From: Alkalilimnicola ehrlichii MLHE-1
GTDB lineage: Bacteria > Pseudomonadota > Gammaproteobacteria > Nitrococcales > Halorhodospiraceae
Length of the DNA: 32,000 nt
Direction of reading: 5' to 3'
Assembly (NCBI RefSeq): GCF_000014785.1
Contig: NC_008340.1
Location: 570,001-602,000 of the forward strand
Shown here: one piece after another, positions 1-6,599 of the stretch
Numbering within the stretch: the first letter of the stretch is position 1
Layout: every line of letters begins with the position of its first letter
The notes under the pieces: generated by a model
The model's input: only the letters and a program-made list of their open reading frames with translations
Databases searched by the model: none
What the model was told of the DNA's origin: nothing
Position numbers and translations under genes: made by a program

Positions 1-330
1 GGCGGCCGGGGCCACGCAGAGCAGGGCCAGTGTGCTGCCCATGCCGCGGTGGCGGCGGTTGCTCTCGGTGTGGGCGAGCAGGGCCTGGTTGGCCAGCTGT
101 GCGAGTTTGCGCGGTTCGCCCCCGGATTCCAGCCAGGTGTGGTCGGCACCGTGGTGGTTGCGGGCGATGGCCAGTACCGTCTCCACCGCCAGGCTGGCGG
201 CCACCTCCCCATGGGGCCGGTTACCGGCGCCATCGGCCAGTACCGCGACCCCCGCCGGCAGGTCGTAGCCAAAATGATCCTCATTGTGGGGCCGGCCCAG
301 GCCCGGTTCGGTGAAACCACCCGCTTGCAT
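1..330 (-). CDS. PP2C-family protein Ser/Thr phosphatase, N-terminal part (gene continues beyond the left edge)
   Basis: Not in the supplied ORF track because it runs off the edge. Reverse-strand translation from the ATG at 330-328 reads MQAGGFTEPGLGRPHNEDHFGYDLPAGVAVLADGAGNRPHGEVAASLAVETVL... This matches the N-terminal PP2C motifs (G-x-x-R-x-x-NED, then ADG-x-G-x-x-x-x-GE-x-AS). An AGAGGG Shine-Dalgarno-like (ribosome-binding, SD) box lies about 9 nt upstream. The frame is open to position 1. Confidence 0.6.
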   Translation of the reverse strand, partial: MQAGGFTEPGLGRPHNEDHFGYDLPAGVAVLADGAGNRPHGEVAASLAVETVLAIARNHHGADHTWLESGGEPRKLAQLANQALLAHTESNRRHRGMGSTLALLCVAPAA

Positions 331-426
331 GGAAAGTTGCCCTCTGGAAGACGCGGAAACAGCCCTGGATTGTGCCAAGCCAGGGCCGTCGGGGAAAGCC
401 GGGGCCGGATGCCCGGCCGAGGGCGG

Positions 427-1104
427 TCAGTGGAAGCTGTGTGCCAGGGGGGCGTCTGGGCCCTCACGGCGGTGGTCCGGGGCCGAGGGCGCCGGCTGCC
501 GGTCCAGGCCGAGGGCCCGCGCCTGAACCTGGAGCTGGCGGTCCAGGGGGCCGTCGGGTGCGTCGACTACCACCAGCAGTCCCGCTCGATCCTCCAGGGC
601 AAGCTGCAGGATGCGCCCACAGGCCGCACTGGTGGTGCCCGCCTCGGGTAACAGCACGGGCACCAGTTGAAACGGCGGAAGCACCCGTTGCAGGTAGGGC
701 AGGGGGGCCTCCAGCCGGTGTTCCAGCGCGTGTGCCCGGTCGTCCAGGGCGCCTCCCGCATCGTCCTGCAGGCGCTCGATCCCGGCCGCATCCAGGGTCA
801 GGCGGCCCAGCGGGGTGGCGAACTGCCGTTTGCCACTGAAGGCGGGGCCTTCAGCCGTGCGGTGGGGGGTTGTGGCCAGCAGATAGACCCGATTCGGTGG
901 CGCGGCTGCAGCCTGCAGCAGGCTGCACGCCGCGGCGATGGCCGCCCCGGCCCGGGCCTGGCCGCCGGGTGGCAGGACCAGCGCCCGGGGGCGGGTACCC
1001 AGGGTTGGATGCGCCCGCAGCAGGGTGTCGAGGGACTGGCGCAACAGCTCCGGATGGCCGGGATAGAACAGGCCTGCAGCGACGGGACGGCGCACTTCGC
1101 TCAT
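427..1104 (-). CDS. MEMO / AmmeMemoRadiSam system protein B family homolog (degenerate motifs)
   Basis: ORF 427..1167; I place the start at the ATG at 1104 (MSEVRRPVAAGLFYPG...), which has GGGGAG 6 nt upstream. The family signatures AGLFYP and EHRLEAPLPYLQ are present. See the finding on the missing His motifs. Confidence 0.7.
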   Translation of the reverse strand: MSEVRRPVAAGLFYPGHPELLRQSLDTLLRAHPTLGTRPRALVLPPGGQARAGAAIAAACSLLQAAAAPPNRVYLLATTPHRTAEGPAFSGKRQFATPLGRLTLDAAGIERLQDDAGGALDDRAHALEHRLEAPLPYLQRVLPPFQLVPVLLPEAGTTSAACGRILQLALEDRAGLLVVVDAPDGPLDRQLQVQARALGLDRQPAPSAPDHRREGPDAPLAHSFH

Positions 1105-1294
1105 ATTGGACTCCCCCGGTGGGGTGTGCGGGTGGGGCCATAAGGGCTCACCCGGGCATGGGAACACCCCATGAATGGACGTGGCTTACCTTCAAGTTAT
1201 GCCATTCACGCGGGCTTGCAAGGCGCTTGGGGGAAAGCTTCCGGGGCGCAGCATAGGGGTGGGGACGGGGCTTTTGCGCTGGGACAACGAAAAT

Positions 1295-1323
1295 GGCCGC
1301 CTCCCCCGGGGGGGGAGGCGGCC
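1295..1323 (-). terminator. Rho-independent-type terminator hairpin downstream of the 99-aa gene
   Basis: Perfect 13-bp stem GGCCGCCTCCCCC / GGGGGAGGCGGCC with a 3-nt loop. On the minus strand it is followed by ATTTTCGTT. It lies 26 nt after the stop at 1349. Confidence 0.55.
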
Positions 1324-1348
1324 AGGACGACGCCACCCTGTGGTCGGC

Positions 1349-1648
1349 TCAGGCCACGCGCCGGGCGTGGGCCTCGTTGCTGGCCTCGCCGTGGGCATTC
1401 ACCGCGCGCAGGGTGTGCTCGTCGTACTGGTCCGGTCGGGGTTGCTCCTCCACCGGCAGCACCTGGCCGCGCCGGCCCAGCAGTCGGGCGAGTTTGCCCC
1501 GGATCCCACGCAGCATCTCGCGCAGCACGACGGCGCGCTGTTCGGCCATGGCCTGTTGCATCCAGGCTTGGCGCTCCGCCTCGGTCATCCGCGCGAGCCG
1601 CTCGCAGGTCAGGGTCACCCGATCCAGATCACGTACCATTTCAGCCAT
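1349..1648 (-). CDS. Hypothetical 99-aa protein (Arg/Glu-rich, predicted helical), no family recognised
   Basis: The ATG at 1648 is preceded by AGGAGGTGCGGT, a strong SD. The frame is GC3-rich and looks coding. It has its own downstream hairpin terminator. The overlapping + strand ORFs (1175..1897, 1293..1787) lack start signals. Confidence 0.55.
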   Translation of the reverse strand: MAEMVRDLDRVTLTCERLARMTEAERQAWMQQAMAEQRAVVLREMLRGIRGKLARLLGRRGQVLPVEEQPRPDQYDEHTLRAVNAHGEASNEAHARRVA

Positions 1649-1937
1649 ACCGCACCTCCTGAAGACGTATCGTCGTCGCGACGATCGTCACACCCGTCGA
1701 TTGAAAAAGCCGATAACTGTGCTTCCGCAACACCCGTGCCGGGTGTGCCGCCCGGAGGCCTCCGGGCCAGTCGTTGTCTGGTGTTGATGTCCGGCGCCGG
1801 AAGGCGGCCTGGAGCGCGGGGTGCCCTGGGATGGACTCCGTCTCTCAACGTTGGCTGTATGGTAAGACCACGCACCATGACGGGGCAATGGCCGTAAGCC
1901 CCAAAAATGATTGAAGGTTTTTATGGTTCGAAGGGGG

Positions 1938-1995
1938 CCGTCGGGCTAAGGCTGATGGATCCGGAAGGAGGGGGCCGTCAGCCTTGGCCCGACGG
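1938..1995. other. Long imperfect hairpin (21-bp stem) in the sufT-downstream intergenic region
   Basis: CCGTCGGGCTAAGGCTGATGG (1938-1958) pairs with CCGTCAGCCTTGGCCCGACGG (1975-1995) around a 16-nt loop ATCCGGAAGGAGGGGG. The two non-Watson-Crick positions are G-U wobbles on a + strand RNA and A-C mismatches on a - strand RNA. Confidence 0.5.
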
Positions 1996-2038
1996 AGGGG
2001 GCTGCCCTTCCGGCGGGTGGGTAAGGCGGGGCCGTCGG

Positions 2039-2590
2039 TTAGATCAGACCCGTCTGCAGGCGGGCGGCCTCCGACATCATGCTTTGATTCCAGGGCGGAT
2101 CAAAGACCAGCTCCACGTTCACATCCTTGACCGTGGGCACCATGGCCACCTTGGCCCGGACGTCGTCGGCCAGGATATCGCCCATGCCGCAGCCGGGTGC
2201 GGTCAGGGTCATGCGGATGTCGACCCGGCGCTGCCCCTCCTCGTCCTTGGTGATATCGCAGCCGTAGATCAGGCCCAACTCGACGATGCTGATGGGGATC
2301 TCCGGGTCGTAGCAGGTGTCCATCTGCTCCCAGATCAGCTTCTCCACGTCCTCGTCGGTGGCGTTGGGGGGCAGTTCGGGGGGCTGGGGCGGCTCCTTGC
2401 CGATGGCGTCCGCGTCCTTGCCGGCGACACGGAACAAATGGCCCTGGATGTAGACGGTGAAGCTGCCGCCCAGTGCCTGGGTGAGGACGCCCTCGGCGCC
2501 CTTGGGGATGGTGCCGGACTCACCGGCCGGAATGACGACGGCCTCGCAGTCCCGCTCGAAGACCACCGGTTCGCCCCTGGGGCTATACAT
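2039..2590 (-). CDS. sufT: Putative Fe-S cluster assembly protein SufT (DUF59/MIP18-type C-terminal domain)
   Basis: ORF 2039..2626; I place the start at the ATG at 2590 (MYSPRGEPVVFERD...) with AGGAGG 7 nt upstream. The C-terminal half, DPEIPISIVELGLIY...TLTAPGCGMG, is the DUF59 signature. The N-terminal beta-rich extension matches the two-domain SufT layout. Confidence 0.8.
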   Translation of the reverse strand: MYSPRGEPVVFERDCEAVVIPAGESGTIPKGAEGVLTQALGGSFTVYIQGHLFRVAGKDADAIGKEPPQPPELPPNATDEDVEKLIWEQMDTCYDPEIPISIVELGLIYGCDITKDEEGQRRVDIRMTLTAPGCGMGDILADDVRAKVAMVPTVKDVNVELVFDPPWNQSMMSEAARLQTGLI

Positions 2591-2775
2591 GAAACGCCTC
2601 CTAAACCCAAGTAGTTGGCTCAGCAATTGGCGTATTTTACCAAGGGTGAGCGAAGACGCCAGCGGTGTGCCGTGATTCGGCCCAGGGCCGGCGTCGTCAT
2701 TGCCGCTTTGCCCCTTCGCTTCTAAGCTGAAGGCACCCGCTCACCGCAGCCGCCGGCTGGAAAGGAGAACCGACA

Positions 2776-3507
2776 GTGTCGAGCCATGAGGCAGCTATCC
2801 GAGAGGCACTTGACGACAAGGGTGTGGTGGTCTTCTGTTCCGAGCTCACCGAGACCGGGATGCTGAAAGCCGCGGCCGAGGCACGCGGGCAGCCCTACCG
2901 GGAGGTGCGCATGGGGATGGGGGATGCCGCCATGCGCGAGCGCTTTCACGCCCTGCAGGCGATGACCGGGCACAAGACATTGCCCCAGGTCTTTGTCGAC
3001 GGGCGCTTCGTCGGCGGCCTGCAGGACTACCTGGACCCACCGCAGGCGGGGGCCGCCGGGCTCGGGCCCGAGGCCCGGACCTGGGTACAGCGCCTGAGCT
3101 ATGCCGGGCTGCTGCCCTTCGCCTTCGGCGTGCTGGTGCTGCTGTTTGCGGCCGTGGACTCGGCCACCGGGCGGTTTTTCTCACTCTGGTTGATGGCCTA
3201 CGGGGCGGTGATCCTCAGCTTTCTTGGTGCCACCCACTGGGGCATGTCGCTGGCCCGGGGGACGGGGGACGTGCGCGGCCTGGTGGCCGCGGTGATCCCT
3301 CCGCTGGTGGGCTGGTTGGCCCTGTTGCTCCTGCCCTGGGCCGGGCTGCCCCTGCTGCTGCTTGGGTTCCTGGGGTGGTGGCTTTACGAGCGCCGGGCGG
3401 CCGGGGTGCTTCAGTTGCCGGATTGGTATCAGCAACTGCGCTTCCGGCTCAGTGGGGTGGTGATCCTGCTGCTGGCGCTGGCCACCCTGCGGGTGTGGGT
3501 GGCCTGA
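2776..3507 (+). CDS. Glutaredoxin-like domain fused to a DUF3429-type multi-pass membrane domain
   Basis: GTG start at 2776 with AAGGAG 8 nt upstream. The N-terminal ~90 aa show the Grx fold signature (VVVF...TLPQVFVDGRFVGGLQDY). The C-terminal ~150 aa contain about four hydrophobic helices with a GATHWG motif, recalled as typical of DUF3429. Confidence 0.75.
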   Translation: MSSHEAAIREALDDKGVVVFCSELTETGMLKAAAEARGQPYREVRMGMGDAAMRERFHALQAMTGHKTLPQVFVDGRFVGGLQDYLDPPQAGAAGLGPEARTWVQRLSYAGLLPFAFGVLVLLFAAVDSATGRFFSLWLMAYGAVILSFLGATHWGMSLARGTGDVRGLVAAVIPPLVGWLALLLLPWAGLPLLLLGFLGWWLYERRAAGVLQLPDWYQQLRFRLSGVVILLLALATLRVWVA

Positions 3508-3519
3508 ACAGCGCGGGGG

Positions 3520-4464
3520 TCAGTCGTTGGCGGCCCGGTCTCCGGCCTGCTCGCGCAAGGTTTCCAGTGTCTGGCGGAACTGGTTGCGGTGTGGCCCGCC
3601 TTCGGCGACGGCCTGCTCGGCCATCTGCAGGGCGCTGGACCACTGGCCCTGCTCGGCCAGGATCCAGGCCAGGTTGTTGTACACGGCGCCCGATCCCGCA
3701 TTGCGCTCCAGGGCCTGGCGCAGCAGGCGCTCCGCTTGCTCCAGGTCGCCCTGGGCGAAATGCAGATTGGCCAGCGCCACCGCCATGTGGGGGCTCTGCG
3801 GCCAGCGGCTGATACCGGCCTGCCAGGCGCGTTTGGCGGCGGCCTGCTGACCGGTGGCCTCCAGGGCGTGGGCGGCCTCCATGTAGCGTCCGGGGTCGGC
3901 ACTGGCCGGGACCTGGCCCGGCTCGAGCACCACCAGCGCCCAGCTCTCGCCGCGTGCCCAGGTCCGCAGGAAGGTGTTCACAGGCGTGCGGTGGCGCTCG
4001 TGGGGACCGGAGCGCAGGATGAACTCGTCCGCTGCCGGGTCCAGACCCACCAGCACCGCGTAGTGCCAGCGCGGGGCGATGCCCAGGCCTAGGTTCTGCA
4101 GGACGACCACCGGATGGCCGGCCTCCAGTTCCGTGATCAGGGCCTCGGTGCGGGGGCGCAGCACGTAGGCCAGCCGCCCCTGATGCCGCGCCTGCGCCAC
4201 CAGTTCGCTTTGCAGGGTGCCCCCCCGCTCCGGTACGTGCAGTGCCGGGATCAGGGCCTCTGGGGTGGTCTCCACCCCGCTCCACTCCAGCACCGTGGCC
4301 AGCGAGGCCGGGCCGCAGTAGAGCGTCTCATCGGGGTGGAAGGGCACGTCCGCTATCTCCACCGCCGGTGGCGGCTCCGGCAGCCCCTCGCGCAGGGTGC
4401 TGGTGCTGGCACACCCGGCCAGCACCAGCAGGCAGATCACCAGTCCCGCGGCACGCCAGGCCAT
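3520..4464 (-). CDS. PA2778-family (C39-like) cysteine peptidase lipoprotein with C-terminal TPR repeats
   Basis: Signal peptide plus lipobox (LLVLAGC). The papain/C39-type catalytic context is present: Cys in LYCGPASLATVLEW and His in PRWHYAVLVGLD. The C-terminal region has TPR-like repeats (AVALANLHFAQGDLEQAERLLRQALE, AVYNNLAWILAEQGQWSSALQMAEQAV). Its start codon shares one nucleotide with the upstream gene's stop. Confidence 0.75.
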   Translation of the reverse strand: MAWRAAGLVICLLVLAGCASTSTLREGLPEPPPAVEIADVPFHPDETLYCGPASLATVLEWSGVETTPEALIPALHVPERGGTLQSELVAQARHQGRLAYVLRPRTEALITELEAGHPVVVLQNLGLGIAPRWHYAVLVGLDPAADEFILRSGPHERHRTPVNTFLRTWARGESWALVVLEPGQVPASADPGRYMEAAHALEATGQQAAAKRAWQAGISRWPQSPHMAVALANLHFAQGDLEQAERLLRQALERNAGSGAVYNNLAWILAEQGQWSSALQMAEQAVAEGGPHRNQFRQTLETLREQAGDRAAND

Positions 4465-4889
4465 CAGTTCGCGGTGCGGGTGACGAAGGGATAGACGTCG
4501 GTGAAACCGAGGATGTCCGTCACCAGCAGCACCAGAAAGATCAGGACGGCCGCGCCCACCACGGTCCCCAGACCGGCCCCGGCCGGCAGGTCCTCAAGGC
4601 GGCCGTGCATCTCGGCCACCTCCTGATCGGTCAGCAGGTCCACCCGCTGTTCCGCCTCGGTCGGGTCCACGCCCAGCCGGGCGAGTTGGTCGCGCACCTC
4701 GTCGCGGGCCAGAAAGGCCTGCAGCTCGGCGCGCATCTGCTCGCCGCGCATTTCCTCGACCAGGGTCTCGGTGGCCACCATGCCGGCAGGGTTGCCTTGG
4801 GCGGCAATGGGGGCGGCCATGCTGAGCAGCATCAGTCCGGTCAGCAGCAGCGCGGTGAAGCGACGGATCGTGGGGTGCATCATGCTCAT
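4464..4889 (-). CDS. PA2779-family protein (secreted helical region plus C-terminal transmembrane helix)
   Basis: ORF 4464..4904; I prefer the ATG at 4889 (MSMMHPTIRRF...) because GAGGAG lies just upstream. It has an N-terminal signal peptide ending AAPIAAQG, an acidic helical middle, and a C-terminal TM segment GTVVGAAVLIFLVLLVTDILGF. The family name comes from memory of its conserved pairing with PA2778-type peptidases. Confidence 0.65.
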   Translation of the reverse strand: MSMMHPTIRRFTALLLTGLMLLSMAAPIAAQGNPAGMVATETLVEEMRGEQMRAELQAFLARDEVRDQLARLGVDPTEAEQRVDLLTDQEVAEMHGRLEDLPAGAGLGTVVGAAVLIFLVLLVTDILGFTDVYPFVTRTAN

Positions 4890-4916
4890 GGTGTCTCTCC
4901 TCACGGGTCAGCGGCG

Positions 4917-6485
4917 TTAGTCCTGGCGGCCCAACCACTGGATGCGGTAGAGGTCCAGCCGCCGGTCGCGGTAATTGCGCACTGAGCCCTCGTTGCGCAG
5001 CTCGGTCAGTTTGTCCAGGTCCAGGTCGACGATCAGGGTCATCTCGGTGTTGGGAGTGGATTCCGCCACGATAGCATCGTGGGGAAAGGCAAAGTCCGCC
5101 GGCGAGAAGACCGCCGACTGGGAGTACTGGATGTCGATGTTCTCGATGTCCGGCAGGTTGCCGACGCTGCCGGTGATGACCGTGTAGCACTCGTTCTCGA
5201 TGGCGCGTGCCTGGGCACAGCGGCGCACCCGAAGGTAACCGGTCTTGGTGTCCACCCAGTACGGCACGAACAGTATCTCCACGCCCTGCTGTGACAGTAT
5301 ACGCGCCAGCTCCGGGAACTCAGCGTCGTAGCAGATGAGGATGCCCACGCGGCCGACGTCGGTCTCGAACACCTTGAGGCTGTCGCCCCCGCGCACCCCC
5401 CAGTAGCTGCGCTCGTCCGGGGTGATGTGCAGCTTGTACTGGTGGTCGATGGTGCCGTCGCGCCGGCACAGGAACGAGACGTTGTACAGCACCTGGTCCC
5501 GGTAGACCGGCATGGAGCCGGCGACGATATTGATATTGTAGGAGACGGCGAGCCGGGACATCGCCTCGCAGATATCGTCCGTGTACTGGGCCATGCCGCG
5601 GATGGCCTCGGCCGGGTTGTCCTGGTTGAACTGGGCCAGCAGCGGGGCGTTGAAGAACTCGGGCAACAGGGCGAAGTCCGCGTTGTAGCCGGCCACCGCG
5701 TCGACGAAGAACTCCACCTGCCCCATCAACTCCTCCAGCGAGGTGACCGGGCGCATCTGCCACTGCACCGCGCCCACCCGCACCACCTTGCTGCGGGCGG
5801 CGATCAGCGGGGGCTCGGCGGCCTCGTAGAAGATGTTGTTCCACTGTACCAGGGTGGCGTAGGCGTGGGACTCGCGGTCCTCGGGCATGTAGTCGGTGAT
5901 CACCCGGCGTACGTGGAAATCGTTGGCGAGCTGGAAGGAGAGGATGGGGTCGTAGATCTCCTTCTGCTTTACCAGCTCGATGTAGCGTTCCGGCGTCATC
6001 TCATCGGCGTGCTGCTTGTAGCCGGGGATGCGCCCGCCGGCGACGATGGCGCGCAGGTTGAGCCGCCGGCACAGCTCCTTGCGGGCGTCGTAAAGCCGTC
6101 GCCCCAGCCGCATGGCCCGGTATTCCGGGTCGACAAAGACGTCCACGCCGTAGAGCACATCGCCCTTCGGGTCGTGGGTGGTGAAATAGCCGTTGCCGGT
6201 GATCTCCTCGTAGGTGTGGCGATCGCCGAAGCGGCTGTAGTCCACGATCAGGGTGAGCGCCGCCGCCACCACCCGGCCGTTGTCCTCCACACAGATCTGG
6301 CCCTCCGGGAAGCGGTTGATCTGGGCGGCGAACTGCTCCCGCGACCAGGCCCCGCCCATACTGCCGGGGTAGACCTGGTCCATAATGTGCTTGATGTCCG
6401 GGTAGTCCTCCAGCTTGAGGTTGCGCAGGCGTAACCGGTGCTCCTCCAGATCGGAGCTGGTGGGGGCGTTGTCCTGCTCGCTCAT
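4917..6485 (-). CDS. Bifunctional GNAT N-acetyltransferase / carbon-nitrogen hydrolase (nitrilase superfamily) protein
   Basis: This is the real part of the 1162-aa track ORF, starting at the ATG at 6485 (MSEQDNAPTSS...). The N-terminal GNAT core is VDPEYRAMRLGRRLYDARKE. The C-terminal CN-hydrolase has Glu in LLPEFF, the catalytic Cys in GILICYDAEFPE, and the Lys region. It is 522 aa. Confidence 0.85.
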   Translation of the reverse strand: MSEQDNAPTSSDLEEHRLRLRNLKLEDYPDIKHIMDQVYPGSMGGAWSREQFAAQINRFPEGQICVEDNGRVVAAALTLIVDYSRFGDRHTYEEITGNGYFTTHDPKGDVLYGVDVFVDPEYRAMRLGRRLYDARKELCRRLNLRAIVAGGRIPGYKQHADEMTPERYIELVKQKEIYDPILSFQLANDFHVRRVITDYMPEDRESHAYATLVQWNNIFYEAAEPPLIAARSKVVRVGAVQWQMRPVTSLEELMGQVEFFVDAVAGYNADFALLPEFFNAPLLAQFNQDNPAEAIRGMAQYTDDICEAMSRLAVSYNINIVAGSMPVYRDQVLYNVSFLCRRDGTIDHQYKLHITPDERSYWGVRGGDSLKVFETDVGRVGILICYDAEFPELARILSQQGVEILFVPYWVDTKTGYLRVRRCAQARAIENECYTVITGSVGNLPDIENIDIQYSQSAVFSPADFAFPHDAIVAESTPNTEMTLIVDLDLDKLTELRNEGSVRNYRDRRLDLYRIQWLGRQD

Positions 6486-6599
6486 GCGAAGGCTCCGTGC
6501 GGCCGGGGTGATGCTGCGATTGTATAGGGCATCTTCCAATCGGGGCCAGTGTTCGAAGGCGCTTGCGCGCGGATGGCCCCCGTTGCTACAACGTAGAAA

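Noticed and set aside
1921-1936. tRNA T-loop-like GGTTCGAA
   Set aside because: There is no complementary T-stem, acceptor stem or anticodon arm around it.
1938-1995. SRP (4.5S) RNA, suggested by the UCC-GGAA-GGA apex of the long hairpin
   Set aside because: The conserved helix-8 internal loops (the 5' AGG and 3' AGCA-type motifs around the GGAA tetraloop) are absent. The stem is almost fully paired, and the flanks do not form the terminal helix.
3449-4285. 278-aa minus-strand ORF and other alternate-frame ORFs over 3375..4494
   Set aside because: They are alternate frames of the PA2778-like peptidase gene, with Pro/Gly/Arg-rich translations. The 3520..4464 frame has the lipobox, catalytic motifs and TPR repeats.
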